The notes beneath the pieces were generated by a model. That model had not been told where the DNA came from, made no database searches, and worked only from the letters and a program-made list of their open reading frames with translations. DNA of 49,362 nt from Phoronis australis (taxonomy: Eukaryota; Animalia; Phoronida): positions 1 through 49,362 of the forward strand of contig NMRA01000413.1 of the NCBI GenBank assembly GCA_002633005.1. The letters run 5' to 3'. A program made the position numbers and the translations under genes. Below are positions 13,577 to 26,011 of the stretch, in pieces; position 1 is the first letter of the stretch; each line of letters starts with the position of its first letter.

Positions 13577-14915
13577 GCACTTATTAAGGGCTTATAGCGA
13601 GCTCCAGTTCAACTTCAAGCCCCTAATCCAGAACAAAAAAAATTAGGGCCAGGTTTTACAGAATTCGGAAGGTTTAAACATAGTACACCTTGGCATGTCG
13701 TCCTCAACTTAACGTGGATATTCCTGCTGCTGTCTGCCACTTTTGATACTTTTATGAATGCCTGGCACGAGCTTCCAAATCCACCAGCTGATGGGTCAAG
13801 AGTCGTGTCCCGGAAGTAAATGGGTCTAAACGTTCACGTCACTTAGCTCTGATTCATTAAACAGAATCTCAGGATGTGCACAGACTACAAATTACGTCGC
13901 TGTCACAATTAATTATGTTATTAATTAACTGGTGGTGCATGGTTATTAAAACCTTTTCAGCATCATAAAAACATACATAATGAATGAAAGAGAGCGTTTA
14001 CTGCTAAGTCTTCAAGGGCTTTAAGATATCGCGTCAAAAATATTGGGTGACGTGGCCAAGGCATTTGTTTCGCTTTTTCTTTCATCGTTTCATGAGGAAA
14101 AACAACAAACTCATTTTCATTTGTTGCCACTCGATGGAATCATAATGTTTATGTATCCTCGGAAACGACATTAAGGTCATTGAAAGCTATTTACGTCTAG
14201 ACAAGGGCCATCTTAGCCTTGGTGTACGTAAACAGTAGAAAACTGCCTTCCTGAGATGTGGTGACAACAATGTTATCTAAGCGATGATTTCCTAATGTAA
14301 CATTGAAAACGATGAAAAAGTCACAAGACTGAACAGGCACCGGCACGTAGATGCTTGGAAAAAAAATCTTAATATATCGCGACAACAATATTAGGTGACG
14401 TGCGAAAGTGCAGATTTTGGACGCTTGTATGGAAAGCCGGCCATGAATACTGTACAATTACTTACTCTGATTCGTGCTTACGAAGTGGAAAGCAGTGACT
14501 CAGATCAACGGCAAGCAATAGGGAATCGAGAATCAGAATTCCGTAGCAGCCTACGACTGTTTAGGGATTACGAGATTGGCCTGATGCACATCGGAAAACT
14601 CACATAATTGAAGCTATCAAAGAAATTTGTGACACGGTTTATCAGTGTTTGCTATTACGTTTTTACTTGCAAAAAAATATGATCCAGGCATTGGAGGTTG
14701 ACATAACGCCATCTCGCAAGTTGCAACAGGTAAAAATCCCATATTACCAAATATTACAAAGTCGCCAAAACAAGGGTGTCCCGTGTGGCAGGGTGCGTGT
14801 CACGTTTATCATTACAAGTGGATAAGCGCAGGTTGTTACAGTCCGGTGGTGCTTATAGCTTCGATACGACGAGAGGCTGAATGCTATTTCGAGTTAAACA
14901 CTTAATTACTCCCAC

Positions 14916-17900
14916 CATCACTATATGGTAATTTTTCCGAATGTAGTGACACTTATGAAGCCTTGAGTATTATAAGAAATGAACTTTGCCTTACGAAAAA
15001 ATGATCTACCTTCCAAAGTCATATAGCAACAATTTACTATGTAAGCTGGAGGGAATGACCTAAAAATTTTGGACAGAGGCTCCCCTACACTCGAGTTACT
15101 TTGTGTGTACGCTGGCCACTTTAATGATGTTGACCTTAACCAAAATTGGTAGGGGGAACACCTTCCACATGACCAGGATATTTAGGTCCAAAAGGTTAAC
15201 ACAACTTGTGACTTGCCAAATAAAGCAGAATCGTGCAGAGTAGTCAACATCAAACTCAAGTAACAAATTGGCAATTACTATACATTGCCTTCTTTCCTCC
15301 GCAGCCGAAATGTATGCGCGTCGAATTATTTAAATTACTTTTTCATAGCCCTCAATCATTTGATTTTAGGGCCGAACATACCCAGTTATAGGGTTAGAAA
15401 AGCCCAATCTCGCATCCCTGGTAATTCAAAAACATTTTAAAAACTTTATCACGGTAATAAATATTATGTGACTCGTTTGACGAGCATCGAAGGGCTAATT
15501 CGAATTTTGGTCAGCTAAACAGAACGAAATTCAATTTTAACTACTTCGCTGAAAGATTACAAATAGATAATATTTTACAATCTAGCTCATTCAGTTCAGT
15601 ACAACACACCTGTAACATTCTCGTAAATAACTTTAATCGACTTGAACCTGAATTCACTTTTTAACTCCATCTTACAAACTAGTGCTTGGGTACTTAGACT
15701 CATGGAATGTTTAAGAACTTGTCACCCAGTCAAGCACATTCTACATCATCCCTATTCTGACCTAATGGTACATTCCAATCTATAATTATCTGCTACACCA
15801 CTAGAACAAAATGATAATCTAGCAGTGTCAATCCACTTCTTACAACACGCCCCTACCAAAGAGAAAATTACTATTTTTAACTCATAATCATCTGCACAGT
15901 TATATAACCTTCTGATTCTGTGTTCTTCTCTAATGTGCTCCCTGACTGGCAGGCTAGTCGACTTAAGCAGTCTGCACTAACGTTGGATTTTCTCGAGTTT
16001 TATGAAAGGGTGCCGTCTCACGGGTGAAGTGCAAAGTATCAAGAAATCACTGGAGTGACGCAAAGCGACCACAAAGGAAGGTTTACACCACATCACTGGG
16101 ACTTATGAGGACCGAAAGAATTGCCTTAGTGTCGTGTTATCTTATGTTGCAAAGTGCGATGGCGTCTCTTTAAATAATATGACCCCCACCAGGAGCACGT
16201 TTCATGAAAACTGATTCAACTAAGACGTCACACGAAAATCTGTCTCAGTTTAGAGAATTATAATTGTTAACATAAAATTAAAATAAAAACAAGTGATCTA
16301 TGCTCTTTCTGTGGTGAACACACTGAATTTTTTCTCCGTCTCTTTTAGTAATGTCGACTTGTCTCCGGATTCTGGCTCCTTTTTGGTGAGTGGTTAAAAA
16401 ACAATTTCATGTAAATTTTCATGTGGACAAGATAGCATTGTTTTTTTTGGCAAACATTCAGTCCGAAAATTGTAATATTGATCTGTTGATCATACTAGCA
16501 AAAATACATATTTAGCCAAAAATTTGTTCAAAAAAATCTTCATTTCCAATTGTTCATTAACTTTATTGAATTACATTCTGAAGGAAATACGGTACTTGTT
16601 GACTAATGTTTTAATGTAATTAATTGTAAAGTATGAATACACAAAGAAATTAAAAAAGCCAGCGGGGGACGCAAAAGAAACCCGCCTATAACTGAATTTT
16701 AAGATGATCGATTGATCAGATTGACAGATTCTGCTCTCGATGTCAAACATTGCAATTGCAGGTTATTAGTGGCATTTGGTTGAAAATTAAGGCTTTCCAT
16801 ATTATCTCTAAAGTTGAAATAGTGAAGAGGTCGTACTCGTGCATCCAAAGCACAAAGCAGAAGAGAAATCTTTCTGTGTATGTAATGTTTTCTTTTCATC
16901 GCGGTCGCGTGAAATCGGGGGAAATATAAGAAGAAACGAAGTGAGTGTCTAGTAAATGCTACTGCGACTGTCCAAATGGATTGTCTAACACAAGTGGGAG
17001 CCAAAACTTGAGGGAACCAAAGGGTGCAGCACTAAACTTTTTTTCCGAAAGCGATGTTTAATCAGTGCTTTAGTGGCTCGTAAGGGCATGTAGGCACAGC
17101 CAACCACCTTTTAGCTTATGGACGTAGGGTCTACTCAACGTAAATTACGTTCCGTGCAAAAGGTGATACCGTGGGATTAGGGCGTTTACTTACCTCTAAT
17201 TTACCAGCTCAGCACTTTGTTTAATTTATGTATCGAAGACCTACAATAACTAAATAAAATTTAGAACTATTTCAACGGTTTTCATTAATCAATACACTAC
17301 TTCCGAACAAAAAAATATCACTTGGATGTACAGTATTCACCAGATCCGTCTTGAAAAAGTGATGCTGTTTAATCTTTCATAGATACATATCTGCATTTGA
17401 AAACACTTGGTGTTAAGACCCATGAGTGGGGAGCAACAGGCACTCACACGTTTGAACTGTCTTCGATGTTGAAACTGCTTCATCCCTTCCTGCCTTGACT
17501 GTACTTAGTGTAACGACGTACTCAGTTCCAGGAGTCAAGCCAGTACAACGTTTGTTGGTAGCAGTCTTATCTGCACTGAATTCATGATTGCCGCAAGACA
17601 CTTTGTAGCTGTCTTTGTCTCCAGCTGCTGCTGTCCAATGGACATTGATTGCGGTATCATTTCCAACTGCAGTTGTAATACTAGCTGCAGCCAGTGCTGC
17701 AAATGTAGAGACAGAAGCGAAAAATATAAAGAAAAGCAAATCACAGCATTGCTTTCCGACTACCGTGTGCCATTACATACCAAAATCTTAAAAATAACTA
17801 TTTTCCAATCTTCCCAAAAGACAGGGCAATACTAGTAATATTAAAATCGCCACCAGGGGATACAAAAGAAAGAGGTCTATAACTGACTTTTACGAATTTT

Positions 17901-20200
17901 TATAAATCAGTTTTACAGAATACACTGTTGATGTCAAATTTAAAAAATCCACGTCAGTGCTGGCATTTGTTTGAAAGTTAAGAATTGTATTGCATTGCTT
18001 TTACTTTACTGAAATATTTCGACATATATTTTCATACCTAACTCAGTATTTAGCACAATTTCATATAATTTTTTAATTCCCTAGAAGTTATTTTATTATT
18101 TCTTGTGTTAATCTTTAAATGAAATCAAAAAATGAAAATGAAAATCCAATTAAAATAACTAGTTCAGCGAAGTCACCACCAAATTGTCTGTTGTCAAATC
18201 CCAGGCACGGCAATATTCATGGGAGAGGCATGACTTACAGAAAAACTTATTTTTGTATCTGTAAGTGTATTTCTACACAAAACATGTACGAGGACATTCT
18301 TGGGAACTGCTGTAGCAACCGAAAGTGCACTTTAAAGCTTTGCACGGCAGCAAACCGAGACTGTCCATGCAAGCTGTTAAAAATCTAAAACCGTAAATAC
18401 TTAAAAGATCGTTGATTTTTCAATTAAATGGACAAATACAATTTTGAATCTCAAAATATTTGTAATGCGCTCTTCACCAGTATCATGATCAGTAGCAGTT
18501 GTGATTGATTATTACTACTCGTTACTCACGTTAAAGTATCGCAAAAATCACTTGCAAATTTGACAAGGATGACAACCATTATGCTCCTATGTCTATGATT
18601 TCAAACCTTCCTGTAATTAGCCGAAAACGAAAGTTGGCCAAAGGATGTCGTAGAAAGGATAGGAGCCTAGCAAACTGTGGTTAATTGCCGGGAGGAGTAT
18701 TCTAATTCCTTGTTCTCGTGAATTTTAGCCATTTAGTACTTTCGTGCAAGGAAGTGTTCATCGCAAGCGGAGCCTTTGCGACCAAACAGTGCCGACTGTA
18801 AAATATGGTGAGGTGCAGCAAATGTAATTTTCACGAATGTAATTGCGTACAATTAGAAGATATCATCGTTTCGAAATTAACTTTTTATGCCTTCTTGTAG
18901 CGTCTTGGATTTCGGCTTCCAGTCTACGCCCATATCCACGTGATTTTGACTAGGTCTCGTAGTTTTGCCAAAATATGAATTACTGATTAAAAGTACCGGA
19001 CGTACAAATACACCTTCACGGACCAGAGGTATTCCAGACAGCTTTGTAGGTATTAGTGCACTTTTTACACACCACTAAAATATTCATGGACGGCGAGCCT
19101 CTACTTAGACATTGTTTTGCGATGTTCGATTGTGAAAATATGAGCGAAAGCAGTTCTTGAACAGTTTTCACATGCATTTTGGTTTTTGTCAAAGGCATTT
19201 TATGAACCGCAGCTGATACCGTTTGGTCTTAAACAAGAGATCATAAAAAAATTTCTTGAAGAGGACACCAGTTAGAAATTGGACAAATGATATCGTGGAT
19301 GTTTTGCTGAGATTACTTCAATACTCGGATTCAGAGACATTGGATGGCAGGTCAATTTTTTATTAGTAGGTGTTCAACCTTAGTGTAGAGACAAGTTATG
19401 CGGTGGCCTCGCACACATGCAAAAATGGCTCCTTTAAGCCTGTTGTTAAGCGATCGATTGACCATACAAGTATTTGGAAAAACGTCTTCTTTTGTCTATG
19501 AAAATTCTGCTCTTTGTCACACGGCGAAAAATGCTGGTGATAAGTTTGATAAAACAGGGTCTGGAAGTATCTAGTGTTATTTCCGTGGCCAGAGACCCAA
19601 GCAGAACCTGCAACCTGATTGGCTTTGGATTAACTAATTGAACTAGCGACGACAAAGCTACCATTGATACAATCACTAAAGAGCATTCATACTGGTTAAG
19701 ACCCTAGGAGTTTTCAAATGAGAGACGATATCGGTAGTGCTTAGGTTTGTATTGTAAACAAAAATTGTGAGCGTGCGGTGGTCCTTAGTCGCTGACAGAT
19801 CTATTAGCAATAGTTTCACTCGTGACTCTTCCAGCCGAAGGAATTCTACCAACAGAACAAAGAAGACGCTGGTTGCCAGACAAGCAAAGCAAGGAGTTAA
19901 TGTCGAAACAATTGTTTTTTAAAATTGCAAAAAGGTAACCTGACATCAGTCTTTTTCTCTGGCTGCATTAAACTACATTTTTGTGGTGACGAAAACGAAA
20001 ACGATTATGGGTTTGACAGTTTGCTTCGCAGCACGGAGCCTTTTGTTAGAGTATACTTGTGAACATGCAGTCGAGATTCATAGAGTCATGAACTCGAACC
20101 AGTCAACAGCCTATCATCGCATCAAAATCTGTTACCACTAATAATTGACAACTTGCCTCCCCCATCCACATGGAAGTTTTTTAATATAAAACATTTCTGA
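14916..20200. repeat. Recent segmental duplication, copy 1
   Basis: 14916-18234 aligns almost base-for-base with 22151-25474; 19822-~20200 aligns with 26012-~26392 beyond the N gap. Confidence 0.9.
17448..17696 (-). CDS. FN3 domain exon, type A (cassette 2)
   Basis: AG/GT sites, 249 nt, phase 1-1; LAAASITTAVGNDTAINVHWTAAAGDKDSYKVSCGNHEFSADKTATNKRCTGLTPGTEYVVTLSTVKAGRDEAVSTSKTVQT. Confidence 0.9.
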
Positions 20201-20279
20201 AATTTTGATTTTAATAAAACCCCTCGCTTGGGCACCAGTGGCTGAGTTTACCAACTTCAAATAAAAGATATGGAGTAAC

Positions 20280-20431
20280 AGTGGCGGATTTAGAAGGATG
20301 CCAAAAGAGCCATGCCCACCTAAAATTCTACAAGATTCCATTGACAGTTCGGGGGTTCGAATGTCTGACTGGCAAAAAACTGGTTATAACTCTGGGCTGG
20401 CCGCCAGTTCAAAATCCTGGATAAGCCCTTG
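20280..20431. mobile_element. ~150-bp hAT-like MITE (CAGTGGCGGAT...AAAATCCTGGATxxGCCCxTG family)
   Basis: Imperfect inverted ends; related copies at 33242-33392 and 38911-39073. Confidence 0.6.
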
Positions 20432-23400
20432 GAGCAAAATAACTCTTTTTACATAAACAGGTGAATTTGGTGATCAAGTCATAATTATTTCATAAGAAAG
20501 TGACATCGCGCTTTTATATAATGGAGCCTCGTTTGAATTGGTGAAACTATAGCATGATATCTAACAAACCAAAAATTGTTTTAACACGCAATTAGAAAAT
20601 ACATATATTTCAAAGAAAGTTTCTCATCTCATTTGTTTCGGGGCGAATGCATCCTTCTGCTGCATCTGCTGTGTTAACAGCTTCAGGTATTATGTAACAT
20701 TGTTATTATCCATATCAATGGTAGTTTAGTTTGTCATAATCTATATATATATATATATATATATATACATTTTATACCACAATATCAGCCTCGAATGGCC
20801 ATTGCAACCGTGTAATAATCCATTTGGGTATTAAACGGCGTTACATAACATTTTGGGGGAAACCGATGCCGGATTCTAACCTGCTCAACACCTCTCAGCA
20901 GATGACGTCATCGACCGCGCAAAAATGGCATATTCAACAAAGTGCATTGTACCTACATTATACGCTATGAATAGTACGATGCATCATTACCATAAAATCT
21001 ATAGTTAATTTCATTTAAAATTATCTCTCGTTCTCTCTCACTTGTAATTCATAGATCTTTAATTTGAATGCCGGTATCGTGTCGGCGAGATCTNCTCAAC
21101 ACCTCTCAGCAGCTGACGTCATCGACCGCGCAATAATGGCATATTCAACAAAGTGCATTGTACCTACATTGTACGCTATGAAAAGTACGATGCATCATTA
21201 CCATAAAAACTATAGTTAATTTCATTTAAAATTATCTCTCGTTCTCTCTCACTTGTAATTCATAGATCTTTAATTTGAATGCCGGTATCCTGTCGGCGGG
21301 ATCTTTTGACTTTTCATTATGCAAAGTAAGCAGTTGCAACCTTATTTAGCAGACAATATATTCACGCTAGAAGTTTAGAGTGATGAAATGTGTAGTAAGC
21401 TAGAGTTGTTGCTAAAGCTGTAGTTACAGATTCAGTTTACTTCTATTTTGTTTAAATGTTCAATTGGTTTTGAGTAAAACTTTATTTCGAAATATATAAC
21501 TCGGTCTTCCTTAAGAGGTCACGACCTCTGACACAGTACATCTCACTTATAAAGTAGTTACAAAAGTGAGGTGAGTCGATAAAGGTAGATCTCTTCTTTG
21601 CAATGTTTCTCGTTCAGTATTGTCTCCCCTATGAAGACCCCTCGTGGTGTTCGTAGAAGTATCACCTTTGGGCTCTAGATTACGGAAGATAACGACTTTG
21701 CCATGTAATGATCTATATTTATCTTACCCTCTTGTGTTATATCACTGCAAACTAGCTTTGCTTTCGCTTCACAGTTAGAACACATGAATTTGTTTAGCGC
21801 CTCAAGGACTCACCACATACCATAATTGTGAAAACAAAATTGCATTGATTTGTTAGAAATGTCATCACTTTATANGGGCTCTAGATTACGGAAGATAACG
21901 ACTTTGCCATGTAATAATCTATATTTATCTTACCCTCATGTGTTATATCACTGCAAACTACATGTAGCTTTGCTTTTGCTTCACAGTTAGAACACATAAA
22001 TTCGTTTAACGCCTCAAGGACTCACCACATACCTTAATTGTGAAAACAAAATTGCATTGATTTGTTAGAAAGGTCATCATTTTATATTGTGTCTTCGTAT
22101 GAGAAAGAACTCGATGTTTTATCTGTTTCGTGATTCCAATACCAGCACAGCATCACTATATGATAATTTTTCCGAATGTAGTGACACTTATGAAGCCTTG
22201 AGTATTATACGAAATGACCTTTGCCTTACGAAAAAAAATGATCTACCTTCCAAAGTCATATAGCAGCATTATACTATGTAAGCTGGAGGGAATGACCTAA
22301 AAATGTTGGGCAGAGGCTCCCCTACATTCGAGTTACTGTGTGTGTACGCTGGCTACTTGAATGATGTTGACCTTAACCAAAATTGGGAGGGGTACACCTT
22401 CCACATGACCAGGATATTTAGGTCCAAAAGGTTAACACAACTTGTGACTTGCCAAATAAAGCAGAATCCTGCGGAGTAGTCAACATCAAGCTCAAGTAAC
22501 AAATTGACAATTACTATACATCGCCTTCTTTCCTCCGCCGCCAAAATGTATGCGCGTCGAATTATTTAAATTACTTTTTCATAGCCCTCAATCATTTGAT
22601 TTTGGGGCCGAACATACCCAGTTATAGGGTTAGAAAAGCCCAATCTTGCATCCCTGGTAATTCAAAAACATTTTAAAAACTTTATCACGGTAATAAATAT
22701 TATGTGACCCGTTTGACGAGCATCGAAGGGCTAATTCGAATTTTGGTCAGCTAAACAGAACGAAATTCAATTTTAACTACTTCGCTGCAAGATTACAAAT
22801 AGATAATATTTTACAATCTAGCTCATTCAGTTCAGTACAACACACCTGTAACTTTCTCGTAAATAACTTTAATCGACTTGAACCTGAATTCACTTTTTAA
22901 CTCCATCTTACAAACTAGTGCTTGGGTACTTAGACTCATGGAATGTTTAAGAACTTGTCACCCAGTCAAGCACATTCGACATCATCCCTATTCTGACATA
23001 ATGGTACACTCCAATCTTTAAAACTATCCGCTACACCACTAGAACAAAATGATAATCTAGCAGTGTCAATCCACTTCTTACAACACGCCCCTGCCAAAGA
23101 GAAAATTACTCTTTTTAATTCATAATCATCTGCACAGTTATATAATCTTCTGATTCTGTGTTCTTCTATAATGTGCTCCCTGACTGGCAGGCTAGTCGAC
23201 TTAAGCAGTCTGCACTAACGTTGGATTTTCTCGAGTTTTATGAAAGGGTGCCGTCTCACGGGTGAAGTGCAAAGTATCAAGAAATCACTGGAGTGACGCA
23301 AAGCGACCAAAAAGGAAGGTTTACACCACATCACCGGGATTGATGAGGACCGAAAGAATTGCCTTAGTGTCGTGTTATCTTATGTTGCAAAGTGCGATGG

Positions 23401-24687
23401 CGTCTCTTTAAATAATATGACCCCCACCAGGAGCACGTTTCATGAAAACTGATTCAACTAAAACGTCACACGAAAATCTGTCTCAGTTTAGAGAATTATA
23501 ATTGTTAACATAGAATTAAAATAAAAACAAGTGATCTATGCTCTTTCTGTGGTGAACACACTGAATTTTATCTCCGTCTCTTTTAGTAATGTCGACTTGT
23601 CTCCGGATTCTGGCTCCTTTTTGGTGAGTGGTTAAAAAACAATTTCATGTAAATTTTCATGTGGACAAGATTGCATTGTTTTTTTTTTGGGAAACATTCA
23701 GTCCGAAAATTGTAATATTGATCTGTTGATTATACTAGCAAAAATACATATTTAGCCAAAAATTTGTTCAAAAAAATCTTCATTTCCAATTGTTCATTAA
23801 CTTTATTGAATTACATTCTGAAGGAAATACGGTACTTGTTGACTACTGTTTTAATGTAATTATTTTTAAAGGATGAATACACAAAGAAATTAAAAAAGCC
23901 ACCGGGGGACGCAAAAGAAACCCGCCTATAACTGAATTTTAAGATGATCGATTGATCAGATTGACAGATTCTGCTCTCGATGTCAAACATTGCAATTACA
24001 GGTTATTAGTGGCATTTGGTTGAAAATTAAGGCTTTCCATATTATCTCTAAAGTTGAAATAGTGAAGAGGTCGTACTCGTGCACCCAAAGCACAAAGCAG
24101 AAGAGAAATCTTTCTGTGTATGTAATGTTTTCTTTTCATCGCGGTCGCGTGAAATCGGGGGAAATATAAGAAGAAACGAAATGAGTGTCTAGTAAATGCT
24201 ACTGCGACTGTCCAAATGGATTGTCTAACACAAGTGGGAGCCAAAACTTGAGGGAACCAAAGGCTGCAGCACTAAACTTTTTGCCGAAAGCGATGTTTAA
24301 TCAGTGCTTTAGTGGCTATTAAGGGCACGTAGGCGCAGCCAACCACCTTTTAGCTTATGAACGTAGGGTCTACTCAACGTAAATTACGTTCAGTTCAAAA
24401 GGTGATACCGTGGGATTAGGGCGTTTACTTACTTCTAATTTACCAGCACAGCACTTTGTTTAATTTACGTATCGAAGACCTACAATAACTAAATAAAATT
24501 TAGAACTATTTCAACGGTTTTCATTAATCAATACACTACTTCCGAACAAAAAAACTATCACTTGGATGTACAGTATTCACCAGATCCGTCTTGAAAAAGT
24601 GATGCTGTTTAATCTTTCATAGATATATATCTGCATTTGAAAACACTTGGTGTTAAGAGCCGTGAGTGGGGAGCAATAGACACTCAC

Positions 24688-24936
24688 TCGTTTGAACTGT
24701 CTTCGATGTTGAAACTGCTTCAGCCCATTCTGCCTTGACTGTACTTATTGTAACGACGTACTCAGTTCCAGGAGTCAAGCCAGTACAACGTTTGTTGGTA
24801 GCAGTCTTATCTGCACTGAATTCATGATTGCCGCAAGACACTTTGTAGCTGTCTTTGTCTCCAGCTGCTGCAGTCCAATGGACATTGATTGCGGTATCAC
24901 TTCCAACTGCAGTTGTAATACTAGCTGCAGCCAGTG
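24688..24936 (-). CDS. FN3 domain exon, type A (cassette 3)
   Basis: AG/GT sites, 249 nt, phase 1-1; differs from exon 17448-17696 at 7 nt; ...GSDTAINVHW...VVTISTVKAEWAEAVSTSKTVQT. Confidence 0.88.
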
Positions 24937-25474
24937 CTGCAAATGTAGAGACAGAAGCAAAAAATATAAAGAAAAGCAAATCACAGCATTGCTTTCCGAC
25001 TACCGTGTGCCATTACATACCAAAATCTTAAAAATAATTATTTTCCAATTTTCCCAAAATACAGGGCAATACTAGTAATATTAAAATAGCCACCAGGGGA
25101 CACAAAAGAAAGAGGTCTATAACTGACTTTTACGAATTTTTAATAATCAGTTTTACAGAATACACTGTTGATGTCAAATTTAAAAAATCCACGTCAGTGG
25201 TGGCATTTGTTTGAAAGTAAAGAATTGTATTGTCATGCATTTACTTTACTGAAATATTTCGACATATATTTTTCATACCTAACTCAGTATTTAGCACAAT
25301 GTCATATAATTTTTCAATTCCCTGGAAGTTATTTATTATTTCTTGTGTTATTCTATAAATGAAATCAAAAAATGAAAAGGAAAATCCAATTGAAATAACT
25401 AGTTCAGCGCAGTCACCACCAAATTGTCTGTTGTCAAATCCCAGGCACGGCAATATTCATGGGAGAGGCATGAC

Positions 25475-26011
25475 NNNNNNNNNNNNNNNNNNNNNNNNNN
25501 NNNNNNNNNNNNNNNNNNNNNNNNNNNNNNNNNNNNNNNNNNNNNNNNNNNNNNNNNNNNNNNNNNNNNNNNNNNNNNNNNNNNNNNNNNNNNNNNNNNN
25601 NNNNNNNNNNNNNNNNNNNNNNNNNNNNNNNNNNNNNNNNNNNNNNNNNNNNNNNNNNNNNNNNNNNNNNNNNNNNNNNNNNNNNNNNNNNNNNNNNNNN
25701 NNNNNNNNNNNNNNNNNNNNNNNNNNNNNNNNNNNNNNNNNNNNNNNNNNNNNNNNNNNNNNNNNNNNNNNNNNNNNNNNNNNNNNNNNNNNNNNNNNNN
25801 NNNNNNNNNNNNNNNNNNNNNNNNNNNNNNNNNNNNNNNNNNNNNNNNNNNNNNNNNNNNNNNNNNNNNNNNNNNNNNNNNNNNNNNNNNNNNNNNNNNN
25901 NNNNNNNNNNNNNNNNNNNNNNNNNNNNNNNNNNNNNNNNNNNNNNNNNNNNNNNNNNNNNNNNNNNNNNNNNNNNNNNNNNNNNNNNNNNNNNNNNNNN
26001 NNNNNNNNNNN
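25475..26011. other. Assembly gap (537 N)
   Basis: Run of N; the paralogous interval 18235-19821 is ~1.6 kb, so the gap may be under-sized. Confidence 0.99.

Noticed and set aside
15080-15910. Possible LINE endonuclease and C-terminal zinc-knuckle traces (also in the duplicate at 22320-23150)
   Set aside because: Only short fragments (YAGHFND, LTQLVTC, CRMC) on both strands; too degraded to call
17697-17739. Hydrophobic 'signal peptides' at the start of FN3 ORFs (also 24937-24979, 28569-28611, 30069-30159)
   Set aside because: Translations of polypyrimidine tracts or microsatellite upstream of the AG acceptor, not real N-termini
17584-17835. Cys-rich metallothionein-like plus-strand ORFs (also 24824-25075, 28441-28707)
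   Set aside because: Antisense shadows of Ala/Thr codons in the FN3 exons
20881-22085. Two ~210-bp tandem duplications
   Set aside because: Each is centred exactly on a single N (21094, 21875): unmerged contig overlaps, likely assembly artefacts
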